A DNA stretch of 64,000 nt from Pseudomonadota bacterium (GCA_041694995.1 JBGFRS010000028.1:9104-73103); one strand, 5' to 3'. Positions 1 through 10,167 are shown, numbered from the stretch's first letter. Numbers and translations are program-made. The notes: generated from the sequence alone by a model not told the origin.

Positions 1-134
1 CGGCGCGGCGTGAGGCCGCCTCCCGCAAGGGGTGCGCCCTGCCGCAGCGCGTCGATCTCGCCCGCGCTCAACTGGCCCGCGCTGTCCGGCCGGCTGCCGG
101 GGCGACGTCGGTCCGTGCGCGGGGCGGCGCCTTC

Positions 135-638
135 TCAGTTCACCACGATGACCGGCGTGCCGATGGTGACGCGCGCGAACAGGTCTTCGACGTCGCGATT
201 GTGCATGCGGATGCAGCCATAGGAGGCGGCGCGTCCGATCGACCCCGGCTGGTTCGTGCCGTGGATCGCGATCTCGTCCTTGGCCAGCACCAGCGCGCGC
301 GTGCCGAGCGGATTGCGCGGGCCGGGGGGCACGAGCCGCGGCAGATGCGGCATGTCGCGACGCACCACGGCGGGCGGCTGCCAGGTCGGGTTCACGACCA
401 TGTTCGCGATGACAGTGCGCCCGGTCCAAGCGCGGCCGCCGCGCCCGATGGCGATCGGGTAGCGGATGGTGCGTCCATTGCCCAAATGCAGCGTGAGCGT
501 GCGCGTCGAGTTCTGAATGACGATGGTGCCAGGCATCACGGCGTCGAACTGCATGACGCCGCGCGCATCGGCCGTCGCCACACCGATGATGGAGAAAAGA
601 CCGGCAGCGACGACCGCCCGCCGCGATGGACGTCCCAT
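135..638 (-). CDS. L,D-transpeptidase (ErfK/YbiS/YkuD family), Tat-like N-terminus
   Basis: Motifs YPIAIG, PPGPRNPLG and IAIHGT...ASYGCIRM (catalytic His/Cys). ATG at 638 follows a GGGGAG SD; the N-terminus reads SRRAVV. Confidence 0.9.
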   Translation of the reverse strand: MGRPSRRAVVAAGLFSIIGVATADARGVMQFDAVMPGTIVIQNSTRTLTLHLGNGRTIRYPIAIGRGGRAWTGRTVIANMVVNPTWQPPAVVRRDMPHLPRLVPPGPRNPLGTRALVLAKDEIAIHGTNQPGSIGRAASYGCIRMHNRDVEDLFARVTIGTPVIVVN

Positions 639-857
639 GACACACTCCCCGTGACCCGCTTCGCGGTGTCCTTGCGCAGGAGCTTCGCCGGCAGCGATTT
701 CGGAAGTGTTTCGGCAAATGCGCAACACGCTGGAATGGTGAAGGTTGCGCAAATGCGGCCGCCGTCGGGGTTGCGCGAATGTCACACCGTCCCATCTTGG
801 TGCGTGCGCCTGCGTTCCAGCATTTACAAAGCGCGAACCACGCTGAACACTTCGCTC

Positions 858-1370
858 ATGACATCGCTCACCGTCGATATCCGATCGGCCGAGCGCCGCG
901 ACGCTCGCGGGGTTGCCGTCGTGCACGACGAAGCCTGGAGCCTCGCCTATGCCGGCGTCATCCCGGCGATGCATCTTCGGCGCATGGTCCAGCGGCGCGG
1001 TCCCGAGTGGTGGGCGGGAACGATCGGCCGCGCCCGCGGCGGCGTCATGGTCGCGGAGGTCGGGGCGGCGATCGCGGGCTACGCGACCATCGGCAGCGCG
1101 CGCAAGGTCGCGGGCATGGTCTATGACGGAGAGGTCTTCGAGCTTTACGTGAAGCCCGAATATCAAGGGCTCGGCTTCGGGCGTCGCCTGTTCCACGCGG
1201 CGCGCGAACGCCTCGTGGCCAATGGCCGCCCGCGCATCATCGTGTGGGCCTTGTCGGAGAACGAGCCGGCGGTCGCCTTCTACCGGCGGCTCGGCGGCAA
1301 GCCGGTGGCGCGCGACCAGGAGCGGTTCGGCGCGACCGTTCTGCCGAAGGTCGGTTTCGCTTTCACCTGA
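858..1370 (+). CDS. GNAT family N-acetyltransferase
   Basis: ELYVKPEYQGLGFGRRL motif A and N-x-x-A-x-x-FY. Start trimmed to MTSLTVDIR. Confidence 0.88.
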   Translation: MTSLTVDIRSAERRDARGVAVVHDEAWSLAYAGVIPAMHLRRMVQRRGPEWWAGTIGRARGGVMVAEVGAAIAGYATIGSARKVAGMVYDGEVFELYVKPEYQGLGFGRRLFHAARERLVANGRPRIIVWALSENEPAVAFYRRLGGKPVARDQERFGATVLPKVGFAFT

Positions 1371-1448
1371 CGCTGGCACCCTCGCCAAAGTTCAGCTTGT
1401 GAGGCGCGCGAGACCTCGCGAGACTGCGCGCGTCACGCGGAGCAATGC

Positions 1449-1979
1449 ATGCGCATCGATGCGATCCCGGTGGGAAAGAACCCGCCGTATGAAGTCAACG
1501 TGATCGTCGAAGTCCCCGTCGGCGGCGAGCCGATCAAATACGAGATGGACAAAGCCGCGGGCACGCTCGTCGTCGATCGCTTCCTCTACACCTCGATGCG
1601 CTACCCCGGGAATTACGGCTTCATTCCGCACACGCTGTCGGACGACGGCGACCCGATCGACGTGCTGATCGCCAATCAGCGCGGCATCGTTCCCGGTGCG
1701 ATCGTCGCGGTGCGGCCGATCGGCGTGCTCATGATGGAGGACGAGGCAGGCGGCGACGAGAAGGTGGTCGCCGTTCCCGTTCCGAAGCTCACCCGGCGCT
1801 ACGAGAACGTGCACGAGGTCACCGATCTGCCGGAGATCACGCGCCAGCAGATCGAGCATTTCTTCGCCCACTACAAGGACCTCGAGGCGGGGAAGTGGGT
1901 GAAGGTCGTCGGCTGGGGCGATGCCGCAGAAGCGCGCCGCATGATCCTGGAGGCGATCGAGCGGGCCAAGCGCGCATGA
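1449..1979 (+). CDS. ppa: Inorganic pyrophosphatase
   Basis: DGDPIDV signature, [15 protein letters not shown]. Confidence 0.97.
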   Translation: MRIDAIPVGKNPPYEVNVIVEVPVGGEPIKYEMDKAAGTLVVDRFLYTSMRYPGNYGFIPHTLSDDGDPIDVLIANQRGIVPGAIVAVRPIGVLMMEDEAGGDEKVVAVPVPKLTRRYENVHEVTDLPEITRQQIEHFFAHYKDLEAGKWVKVVGWGDAAEARRMILEAIERAKRA

Positions 1980-2791
1980 GCGCACGACAGCGCGGACATC
2001 ACGACGTCCAGCAGCACCGTTCCTCCCTGAAGGGCGTCGAAGCCTACACACTTGAGACCGCAGCGACGTTTCCGCGCCACTCCCATGATCAGTTCGGCAT
2101 CGGCGTCATGCTCGCCGGTGCGCACCGCTCCTGGAGTTGCGTCGGTCATGTCGAGGCCGGTCCGGGCGATGTCATCATGGTCAACCCCGGCGAGGTGCAC
2201 GACGGCGCTACCCTCGGCGGCGGCCTGCGTCGCTGGCGCATGCTCTATTTCGATGCGGGTCTTGTTGATGAGGTTCTCTTCACCGATTTGGGCGCGCTAC
2301 CGGACGTCGTTCACCCTGCGGCGAGAGACGGGCGGCTGGCGGCGCTGCTGCACGCTCTCTTCGCGGCCGTCATCGATGTCCGCGCGCAGCCCTTGCAACG
2401 CGACGAACGGTTGCTTGCATTGTTCGTCCAGATCGCTCGACGGCACATTGCGCGACCCCTGCGGAAGCCGCCGACGCATGCGAGCGTCGCCAAAGCGCGG
2501 CAATTGCTCGACGACACGATCGAGCGCTCAGCGACGCTTGCCGATCTCGCTGCCCTTGCCGGGGTCAGCCGTTTCCAGCTCTTGCGCAGCTTCGTTCGCG
2601 AGACAGGCCTGACGCCACACGCCTATGTGTTGCAGCGGCGCCTGAATGCCGCCAAGCGTCTTCTTGCTGGCGGGAACGGCCCGGCCGCGGTCGCCCACAC
2701 GCTCGGCTTCGCCGACCAGAGCCATCTCACACGCGCCTTCAAGCGCCAGTTCGGGGTGACGCCCGGCCAGTACCGTGCGGCGCTGCGCTGA
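1976..2791 (+). CDS. AraC family transcriptional regulator (cupin plus HTH)
   Basis: [37 protein letters not shown]; ATGA overlap with the ppa stop. Confidence 0.92.
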   Translation: MSARQRGHHDVQQHRSSLKGVEAYTLETAATFPRHSHDQFGIGVMLAGAHRSWSCVGHVEAGPGDVIMVNPGEVHDGATLGGGLRRWRMLYFDAGLVDEVLFTDLGALPDVVHPAARDGRLAALLHALFAAVIDVRAQPLQRDERLLALFVQIARRHIARPLRKPPTHASVAKARQLLDDTIERSATLADLAALAGVSRFQLLRSFVRETGLTPHAYVLQRRLNAAKRLLAGGNGPAAVAHTLGFADQSHLTRAFKRQFGVTPGQYRAALR

Positions 2792-2867
2792 GCATCCGTG
2801 CAATCCGGTTCAAGACAGAGACCGAAGCGTCACGATACATGGCACGACGACATGCGCTGAGGTGTCC

Positions 2868-3677
2868 ATGACCCCGTCCTACATCCATGGCTATGATCCG
2901 CTCGAATCGACGCGACTGCAGGACCAGGCGTCGACGCTCGAAGAGCTATTGCACGCCGACTCGCGCTATCCTTCCGGTAGCCACGTTCTGGAAGCCGGCT
3001 GCGGCGTCGGGGCGCAAACCGTAACCCTCGCGGCGACCAGTCCTGCGGCGCTCTTTACCTCGATCGACGTCTCCGCCTCGTCGCTCGAACAGGCGCGTGC
3101 GCGAGTCGAACGGGCCTCTCTCACGAATGTCACCTTTCAACAGGCCGATATCTTCGATCTACCGTTTGCGCCGGCGAGCTTCGATCACGTCTTCGTCTGC
3201 TTCGTACTGGAGCACCTCGCGCGCCCCCTCGATGCGCTCGCGCGACTTCAGGCGGTGCTCCGGCCCGGCGGTACCATCACCGTCATCGAGGGCGATCACG
3301 GTTCCACGTATTTTTATCCGGACGACGCGGACGCCCGGGATGCGATCCAGTGCCAGGTCAGACTTCAAGCGCTCGCCGGTGGCGATGCCTGCATCGGCCG
3401 CAGGCTTTATCCGCTCTTGAGCGAGGCGGGCTTTGAACAGCCTATCGTCTCACCGCGCTTCGTCTACGTCGATGGTAGCCGCCCATCGTTGATCGACGGG
3501 TTTACGCGCAAGACTTTCACCGCCATGGTCAGGGGTGTGCGCGACAGGGCGCTCGCCGAGGGCTTGATGACGACCGAGCGCTTCGATCGCGGCATCGCCG
3601 CGCTGGAGCGCACCGCCGCGGCCGATGGCGTGTTCTGCTACACCTTCTTCAAGGGGATCGCGCGCAAGCCGGGATGA
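2868..3677 (+). CDS. Class I SAM-dependent methyltransferase
   Basis: VLEAGCGVG, SFDHVF, LRPGG; GAGG SD upstream of ATG 2868. Confidence 0.9.
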   Translation: MTPSYIHGYDPLESTRLQDQASTLEELLHADSRYPSGSHVLEAGCGVGAQTVTLAATSPAALFTSIDVSASSLEQARARVERASLTNVTFQQADIFDLPFAPASFDHVFVCFVLEHLARPLDALARLQAVLRPGGTITVIEGDHGSTYFYPDDADARDAIQCQVRLQALAGGDACIGRRLYPLLSEAGFEQPIVSPRFVYVDGSRPSLIDGFTRKTFTAMVRGVRDRALAEGLMTTERFDRGIAALERTAAADGVFCYTFFKGIARKPG

Positions 3678-3683
3678 CCTCGT

Positions 3684-4577
3684 TCATTCAAAGCTCGGCG
3701 CGGCAAGCCCGGCGCGCGCGCAGGCAGCCGTCAGCGTGTTGGCGAGAAGGCAGGCGACCGTCATCGGCCCGACGCCGCCCGGAACCGGCGTGATCGCACC
3801 GGCGACCTTGCGCACCTCCGCGAAGGCCACGTCCCCGACGAGCTTCGCCTTGCCGTCTAGCCCCGCGATGCGGTTGATGCCGACATCGATCACGGTTGCG
3901 CCCGGCTTCACCCAATCGGCTTCGACCATCTCCGGCCGGCCGACCGCTGCGACCAAGATGTCCGCACGGCGGCACACGGCCGGCAGATCGCGCGTCTTCG
4001 AATGCGCGATCGTCACCGTCGTGTTCGCTTGCAGAAGGAGTTGCGCGATCGGCTTGCCGACGAGGTTGGAGCGGCCGACGACGACGGCGTCGAGCCCGTC
4101 GAGCGTGGCGTGCACGCGCCGCACCAACATCATCGCGCCGAGCGGCGTGCACGGGACGAGCCCCGCGAGGCCCGAAGCGAGGCGGCCCGCATTGATCGGA
4201 TTGAGTCCGTCGACGTCCTTTGCAGGAGCGATGGCCGCGGTCACGCGCGTGGCCGCGCCACCGAGCGTTGCGGGCAAAGGCAATTGCACGAGGATGCCGT
4301 CAACGGCCTCGTCCGCGTTGAGCCGCGCCACGAGGTCCAGCAAGGCCTGTTCCGACACGGACGCCGGCAACCGATGCTCGAACGATTCCAAGCCGGCTTC
4401 GCCCGACTGCTTGACCTTGGAGCCGACATAGATCTGGCTCGCCGGGTCGTCGCCGACGAGGACGACGGCGAGACCGGGTTTGCGACCGCGCGCCGCCAGG
4501 AATGCGGCGGCTGCGGCGGTGACCCGGCCTCGCAGTTCGGCCGCGATCGTCTTGCCGTCGATCACGCGCGCCACCAT
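3684..4577 (-). CDS. folD: Methylenetetrahydrofolate dehydrogenase/cyclohydrolase
   Basis: [41 protein letters not shown]; alternative GTG start at 4589. Confidence 0.97.
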   Translation of the reverse strand: MVARVIDGKTIAAELRGRVTAAAAAFLAARGRKPGLAVVLVGDDPASQIYVGSKVKQSGEAGLESFEHRLPASVSEQALLDLVARLNADEAVDGILVQLPLPATLGGAATRVTAAIAPAKDVDGLNPINAGRLASGLAGLVPCTPLGAMMLVRRVHATLDGLDAVVVGRSNLVGKPIAQLLLQANTTVTIAHSKTRDLPAVCRRADILVAAVGRPEMVEADWVKPGATVIDVGINRIAGLDGKAKLVGDVAFAEVRKVAGAITPVPGGVGPMTVACLLANTLTAACARAGLAAPSFE

Positions 4578-4585
4578 GCGGACGC

Positions 4586-4726
4586 TCACAGCCGATCGCG
4601 GCGCGCGGCAGGGGCGTGGCGGCCGTCGAGCAGCGTCATCGCACCTTCAATCTCGTCGCGATGGGCGCACGGCGGCGGGCGTACCTTAATCCGCACGCCG
4701 CCGGGGACCGGCGTTGCAATCGTCAC
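4586..4726 (-). pseudogene. Truncated DUF167 (YggU-like) remnant
   Basis: [36 protein letters not shown] resembles the DUF167 N-terminus. It sits in the usual yggT-DUF167-folD slot, is only about 46 aa, and lacks the GxAN half. Confidence 0.65.
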
Positions 4727-5025
4727 AGTCCGGCTCGCGCGGCCATGGGGATGAGGTAGCGCGCGTTGATATCCTGCAGGAGCCACAGGCCGAGCAAGGC
4801 GACGATCGGCGAGATGTCGACGCCGCCGAGGTTGGGGATGATGCGGCGGATCGGCGCGAGGACCGGCTCCGTCACTCGGCTGAGCACGTCCCAAATCGTG
4901 TAGACGACCTGGTTGCGCGTGTTCACCACGTTAAAGGCGACAAGCCAGCTCAAGATCGCCGAGGCGATGATCACCCAGGTGTAGATCGACAGGACGATGT
5001 TGATCAGAAGCAGGATCGAGACCAC
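4723..5025 (-). CDS. yggT: YggT family membrane protein
   Basis: ILSWL, TEPVLAPIRRIIP, GGVDISP. Confidence 0.93.
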   Translation of the reverse strand: MVSILLLINIVLSIYTWVIIASAILSWLVAFNVVNTRNQVVYTIWDVLSRVTEPVLAPIRRIIPNLGGVDISPIVALLGLWLLQDINARYLIPMAARAGL

Positions 5026-5122
5026 GGCGGGCTCCGAATGGCGCGAAGGGGCTTTCGTCCCGTCGCTTCTAGTCGCTCGATTCCGCGATCACAAGGCGCG
5101 CCGGGCGGTGTCTGCCGCGTGC

Positions 5123-5151
5123 TTGACACCCCTTCGCCGCGCACCGTAAAT
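5123..5151 (+). promoter_or_regulatory. Sigma70-type promoter of tRNA-Ala
   Basis: TTGACA (5123-5128), N17, GTAAAT; ends about 20 nt before the tRNA. Confidence 0.65.
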
Positions 5152-5170
5152 GCCCGCCGCGTTCCGGTGC

Positions 5171-5246
<76 letters not shown>

Positions 5247-5269
5247 GCGCTCCGGATCGGCCGTCCCCA

Positions 5270-5869
5270 TTGCAAAATCGCGTGAACCCGTTCGGTGAGC
5301 TCTTTGCCTCGCCGTCGCGCGGCCTGTTCATGGGCGTGCGCGGCGGGCGGTTCCATCGTCCCGACCGCACGCTCGGCGCGCGGCGATGGGCGAGCCGGCG
5401 CTGGATCTGCTGCTTGCCGCGCTTTCGCGGGGTTCGGCTTGAGGTTTGGGGCCCGCGCTACACGCAGCTCTTCTTCCTCGACGAGGTGACGGCGCTCGCC
5501 GCCGGCCACCGCCCCTGCGCCTATTGCCGGCGCGATGCGTTTCGCGCCTATCTCGGCGCGACGGGGTTCTCCAATGCCGAGGCGCTCGACATGCGCCTCG
5601 ACGCGGAACGGCGCGACGGGCGCGCGAAGCGCACGCACAAGGGGCGGCTTGCAGACCTGCCCGACGGCGCCGTCGTCACTGTCGATGGCCGTGCCATGGC
5701 CCTCCGCGCCGGACGCGTGCTCGCTTGGGCGCCCGGTGCTTGGTGCGCCGCGTCCCCGCTCGACCCCGCCACGATCGTCGACGTGCTGACGCCGCCGACG
5801 AGCCTCGCCGCGCTGCGTCGCGGCTACCGGCCCGCCTGGCACATCAGCGCCGGGGAGGCGCCGGCCTGA
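5270..5869 (+). CDS. Conserved hypothetical protein (PLQNRV...LAAGHRPCxxCRR), possible metal-binding
   Basis: Recognisable hypothetical family with WICC, FFLDE and GHRPCAYCRR. Only a TTG is available as start. Confidence 0.7.
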   Translation: MQNRVNPFGELFASPSRGLFMGVRGGRFHRPDRTLGARRWASRRWICCLPRFRGVRLEVWGPRYTQLFFLDEVTALAAGHRPCAYCRRDAFRAYLGATGFSNAEALDMRLDAERRDGRAKRTHKGRLADLPDGAVVTVDGRAMALRAGRVLAWAPGAWCAASPLDPATIVDVLTPPTSLAALRRGYRPAWHISAGEAPA

Positions 5870-6106
5870 ACTCGACGCGCAAGGGGCCATGCGCGAGTTC
5901 CCCGATGAAGACCAAGGCTTTACGGTGCATCGCGGGGAACTGGGCGAGGAGGCCCGCACATCCTTCCGCCGCCCTTCCGCGTTGCACTCGACGCTCCGGT
6001 CGGCTACATGCAACGCCACTTTCGGAGTGGCCACGTCGCCGCAGCGATCGGCCCTTCCCGAGCCCGACGGCCGACCCGGGCAGCGGGCCCCAACCGAGGA
6101 ACGGGT

Positions 6107-6385
6107 ATGTCGACATTCGATACCATCGCGGACATCATCGCCGAGACCTGCAACATCGACCGCGCGACCATCACGCCGCACAGCCATTCGATCGACGATT
6201 TGGGTATCGACAGCCTCGACTTCCTCGACGTCACCTACGCGATCGACAAGAAGTTCGGCATCAAGCTCCCGATCGAGCAATGGACGCAGGACGTCAACGA
6301 GGGCCGCGCCAAGACGGAGCAGTATTTCGTGCTCAAGAATCTCGCCGCTGAAATCGACAAGCTCGTCGCGGCCAAGGCCGCGTGA
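6107..6385 (+). CDS. acpXL: Specialised acyl carrier protein AcpXL
   Basis: [12 protein letters not shown] phosphopantetheine site, [16 protein letters not shown]; first gene of the VLCFA cluster. Confidence 0.95.
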   Translation: MSTFDTIADIIAETCNIDRATITPHSHSIDDLGIDSLDFLDVTYAIDKKFGIKLPIEQWTQDVNEGRAKTEQYFVLKNLAAEIDKLVAAKAA

Positions 6386-6408
6386 TCGATCGCGTTGGCT
6401 GCCACCAT

Positions 6409-6433
6409 CGAGGGCCCGGGCTGCGGGCCCTCG
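6409..6433 (+). other. Intergenic 10-bp GC hairpin after acpXL
   Basis: CGAGGGCCCG-GGCTG-CGGGCCCTCG perfect stem with no U-tract. Confidence 0.6.
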
Positions 6434-6452
6434 CGCATGTCGGAACGTCGTG

Positions 6453-6923
6453 ATGCAGCTCGAATATTTCAGGATGATCGACCGCGTGACCGGCTACGAT
6501 TCGGCCGCACGGAAGATCCGGTGCGCATCGCAAGTCCCAACTGAAAGCCCCGTTTTCCAGGGACATTTCCCGAACTATCCGCTCGTTCCCGGCGTGCTCC
6601 TGATCGAGACGATGGCGCAAGCTGCCGGCCATCTGACGCTCGCGCAGGTGCGCTACGAGCAAATGGCCTTCCTCGTCGGCGTGAAGGACGCGAAGTTCCG
6701 GTCCTTCGTGCTGCCGGGGCGTCCGCTCGAGATTGAGGCAACGCTTGGACACGAAGGATCCGGCTTCACCGCGACGAAGGCGCGCGTCAGTTCCGGCGGC
6801 GAACGCATCTGCGAATGCGAGGTTCTGCTGAGGCTGATGCCGTTTCCGGCCCCGCACTTTCGCGAGACGATGCACGCCGAGGCCAAGCGCATCGGCATGC
6901 CCGCGGAGCTCTACGCGGCATGA
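6453..6923 (+). CDS. fabZXL: 3-hydroxyacyl-ACP dehydratase FabZXL
   Basis: FQGHFP...PGVLLIETMAQ; cluster position. Confidence 0.92.
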   Translation: MQLEYFRMIDRVTGYDSAARKIRCASQVPTESPVFQGHFPNYPLVPGVLLIETMAQAAGHLTLAQVRYEQMAFLVGVKDAKFRSFVLPGRPLEIEATLGHEGSGFTATKARVSSGGERICECEVLLRLMPFPAPHFRETMHAEAKRIGMPAELYAA

Positions 6924-8131
6924 CGGCGTCACACGACCGCGATGCCGTGATCACGGGCATCGGCCTCGTCACCTCCATCGCCGAAGGCGGGGCTGCGAAT
7001 CGCGACGCTTTGGCGGCAGGGGCGCATCCGCGCATCGACGAGGCCGCGACGCCCCCTTTCCCCGTTCATCCTCTCGTCGCGATCGATCTCGACAAGCAGA
7101 TCCCGCGCAAGGGCGACCAGCGGCAGATGGAGCCATGGCAGCGTCTCGGCACATACGCCGCGGGGCTTGCTCTCGCCGATGCGGGCGTGGCGGGTAATCC
7201 GGCGCTGCTCGAGACCATGCACATGATCGTCGCCGCGGGGGGCGGGGAACGCGACATCGCCGTCGACGAAGCGATCATGACCGGTCTGCGCGATGCGCCC
7301 GAGAAAGGCGCCTATCTCAACGAGCGGTTGTCGAGCGATCTGCGGCCGACCTTGTTCTTGGCCCAACTGTCCAATCTCCTCGCCGGCAACATCTCGATCG
7401 TCCATGGCGTCACCGGCTCGTCGCGCACCTTCATGGGGGAGGAGGCGGCCGGCGCAGATACCCTGCGGACGGTCGTTGCGCGGATCGGGGCGGGGCAGGC
7501 CGACCTCGGCCTCGTCGGCGCGGCCTACTCGGCACCGCGCGCCGACATGCAGCTCACCTTCGCCGTCGGGGCGTCATGTCTCGCCGGGCCGTATCGCACG
7601 GTTTGGGACCGCGCGGACCATGGCGGCGGGATGATCCCCGGCTCGGCGGGCGCCTTTCTCGTGGTCGAATCGCGCGCGCATGCGCAAGCGCGGGGCGCGC
7701 GCATTATCGCGAAGATCGGAGCCGTCGCGTCCGACCGCACCGGGGCGGCGCCGGGCTCCGTGCGGGCAGCGCTCGACCGCCTCTGGGCGGGCCTTCGTCC
7801 CGGGCTTCACCCCACACCCGTGACGATCATGAGCGGCGCCACCGGATGCGAGCCGCCCACGCGCGAAGAGCGCGGCTTCCTGGACGCCGCGGTCTCCGAA
7901 AGGGAAACGATCATCCGCACACCCGGCAGTCTCCTTGGCCATGCCGTCGAAGCGGCACCGATCGTGAACGTGGCGCTGGCGGCTCTCGCCATCGAGGCGG
8001 GAACCATCTATCCGCCCTTCGATCCGAAGGATTCGCCGGCAGCACCGGCCGTTGCAGCGCCGGAGCAGATCGTCGTCACCAGCGTCGGGCATTGGCGCGG
8101 CGCCTGCCTCATTCTCGTCGAACGCGCGTGA
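6920..8131 (+). CDS. fabF2XL: Beta-ketoacyl-ACP synthase-like FabF2XL (lacks the catalytic Cys)
   Basis: KAS fold; RPTLFLAQLSNLLAGNISI; SRTFMGEE where TAC is expected. Confidence 0.88.
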   Translation: MTASHDRDAVITGIGLVTSIAEGGAANRDALAAGAHPRIDEAATPPFPVHPLVAIDLDKQIPRKGDQRQMEPWQRLGTYAAGLALADAGVAGNPALLETMHMIVAAGGGERDIAVDEAIMTGLRDAPEKGAYLNERLSSDLRPTLFLAQLSNLLAGNISIVHGVTGSSRTFMGEEAAGADTLRTVVARIGAGQADLGLVGAAYSAPRADMQLTFAVGASCLAGPYRTVWDRADHGGGMIPGSAGAFLVVESRAHAQARGARIIAKIGAVASDRTGAAPGSVRAALDRLWAGLRPGLHPTPVTIMSGATGCEPPTREERGFLDAAVSERETIIRTPGSLLGHAVEAAPIVNVALAALAIEAGTIYPPFDPKDSPAAPAVAAPEQIVVTSVGHWRGACLILVERA

Positions 8132-8140
8132 GGACCAGGT

Positions 8141-9415
8141 ATGGACTATCGTGATTCCAACGGCCGGCCGGTCGTCGCCGTTACGGGCATCGGTGTGGTT
8201 ACCTCGCTCGGGGCCGGCAAAGCCGAGAACTGGACGAAGCTGACGAGCGGCGTCTCCGGCATCAAGCGCATCACACGCTTTGCGACCGACGGCCTGCGCA
8301 CGCAGATCGGCGGAGCCGTCGACTTCGTGCTCGAGCCGCCATTTCCATCGGCAAAACTGTCGGCGAAGCTTGCCGAACTCGCGGCTGACGAAGCGATCAC
8401 GCAAGCAAAGATCGGTACCCCCGGGGTCTTTCCAGGTCCTCTTTTCATCGCCGTGCCGCCGGTCGAGATGGAGTGGCTCGAGCGCGAGGCGCTGGCGCGG
8501 GCGGTCGATTCTCCGGACAAGGTGACCTACGCCGACCTTTGGCGCAGTGGCACGGCGGGCCGCCATGCCGATTGGTATCCGCACCTCATGTATGGCGGCG
8601 TCGCCGAGATGACGGCGGAGCGCTTCGGCACGCAAGGATCGCCGATCTCGCTCTCCACCGCCTGCGCCTCCGGCGCCAGTGCGATCCAACTCGGTGTCGA
8701 AGCAATACGGCGCGGCGAGACCGACGTCGCCCTTACGATCGGGACCGACGGCTCGATTCAGGCCGAGGCCTTGATCCGCTTCTCCTTGCTGTCCGCGCTG
8801 TCGACGCAGAACGACCCGCCCGAACGCGCGGCAAAACCGTTTTCCAAGAACCGGGACGGTTTCGTGATGGCCGAAGGCGGGGCAGCGCTCGTGCTCGAAA
8901 GCCTCGATCATGCGACGAAGCGCGGTGCCGAGGTTATCGGCATCGTCGCCGGGTGCGGCGAACGCGCGGACAGCTTCCACCGCACGCGCTCGAACCCCGA
9001 CGGCAAGGCGATCGTCGCGGCAATCAAGAACGCGCTCGACGATGCCGGCATCGAGCCGGATGCGGTCGACTACATCAACGCGCACGGCACGTCGACGCCG
9101 GAGAACGACAAGATGGAGCACATGGCGTGCGCAGCCGTGTTCGGCGCGCGCATGCCCCGTCTGCCGATCTCGTCCAACAAGTCGATGATCGGCCACACGC
9201 TGACTGCGGCAGGTGCTGTCGAAGCGGTGTTTTCCCTGCTGACGATCCGCGACCAGGTGCTGCCGCCGACGATCAACTACAACGTCCCTGATCCCGCGCT
9301 GGCGCTGGATGTCGTGCCGTTCAAGGCCCGCGCGGCCAAGGTCTCGACGGTGATGTCCAACTCCTTCGGCTTCGGCGGGCAGAACGTGGCGCTCATCCTC
9401 GCCGCAGCGCCATGA
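8141..9415 (+). CDS. fabF1XL: Beta-ketoacyl-ACP synthase FabF1XL
   Basis: STACASG, NAHGTST, KSMIGH, SNSFGFGG. Confidence 0.93.
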   Translation: MDYRDSNGRPVVAVTGIGVVTSLGAGKAENWTKLTSGVSGIKRITRFATDGLRTQIGGAVDFVLEPPFPSAKLSAKLAELAADEAITQAKIGTPGVFPGPLFIAVPPVEMEWLEREALARAVDSPDKVTYADLWRSGTAGRHADWYPHLMYGGVAEMTAERFGTQGSPISLSTACASGASAIQLGVEAIRRGETDVALTIGTDGSIQAEALIRFSLLSALSTQNDPPERAAKPFSKNRDGFVMAEGGAALVLESLDHATKRGAEVIGIVAGCGERADSFHRTRSNPDGKAIVAAIKNALDDAGIEPDAVDYINAHGTSTPENDKMEHMACAAVFGARMPRLPISSNKSMIGHTLTAAGAVEAVFSLLTIRDQVLPPTINYNVPDPALALDVVPFKARAAKVSTVMSNSFGFGGQNVALILAAAP

Positions 9416-10167
9416 GCGGCAAGGTTCTCGTCACGGGTGGTGCCAAGGGGATCGGCGCGGCGATCGTCACTGCGCTGGCGGCGGCCGGCTTCGACATTGT
9501 CTTGACCTTTCGGACGTCCGGGGCCGAAGCGGAGGCGGTGGCAAGCGACCTCCGTGCGAAGACCCCCGATCGGACGATCGCGGCGCGTCGTCTCGACCTT
9601 GCCGACGAGGCTGCCGTGACCGCCTTCGCCGAGACGGTGGCTGCGGAGGGGCCGTGGGCCGGCTTCGTCCACGTGGCGGGGCAAGCCTACGATACGCTTG
9701 CCGCCGTGCTCGACCCCGAGAAAGCGGCAGCGGTCATGCAGGTCAATCTGTTTGCGGCAATGCGCCTCGTCTCAGCTCTCGTCCGCGACATGACTCGGGC
9801 GCGCGCCGGGCGAATCGTGTTCGTCGGATCGGTGACAGCGGCACGCGCCAGTGTCGGCAATGCCGCTTATGCCGCGTCCAAGGCCGCGCTCGAGGCCTAT
9901 GCCCGCACACTCGCGATCGAGTGCGCGCGCCGCGGCGTGACCGTCAATACGGTTGCGCCGGGTTTTGTCGCCACCGACATGATGGCACCCTACGCGGCCC
10001 ACCGCGCCGGGATGGAGAGGCAGATCCCCGCCGGCCGCTTCGCCGAGCCGCAGGACATCGCGGGTGTCGTGGCCTTTCTCTTCTCGCCTGCGGCGAGCTA
10101 CATCACCGGCACCACCCTCGTGGTCGATGGTGGCCTCTCGGCGCAGATCGGCGTCCACCGCAGGTAG
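9412..10167 (+). CDS. SDR, 3-oxoacyl-ACP reductase (FabG-like)
   Basis: TGGAKGIG, YAASK, NTVAPGFVATDM, VDGG; ATGA-coupled to fabF1XL. Confidence 0.88.
   Translation: MSGKVLVTGGAKGIGAAIVTALAAAGFDIVLTFRTSGAEAEAVASDLRAKTPDRTIAARRLDLADEAAVTAFAETVAAEGPWAGFVHVAGQAYDTLAAVLDPEKAAAVMQVNLFAAMRLVSALVRDMTRARAGRIVFVGSVTAARASVGNAAYAASKAALEAYARTLAIECARRGVTVNTVAPGFVATDMMAPYAAHRAGMERQIPAGRFAEPQDIAGVVAFLFSPAASYITGTTLVVDGGLSAQIGVHRR

Noticed and set aside
201-857. N-terminal extensions of the GNAT and L,D-transpeptidase ORFs
   Set aside because: They are mutual antisense overlaps of two divergent genes; the real starts are at 638 and 858.
6920-8131. FabF lacking the catalytic Cys as a pseudogene
   Set aside because: The ORF is intact, and a non-catalytic partner KAS is expected in acpXL clusters.
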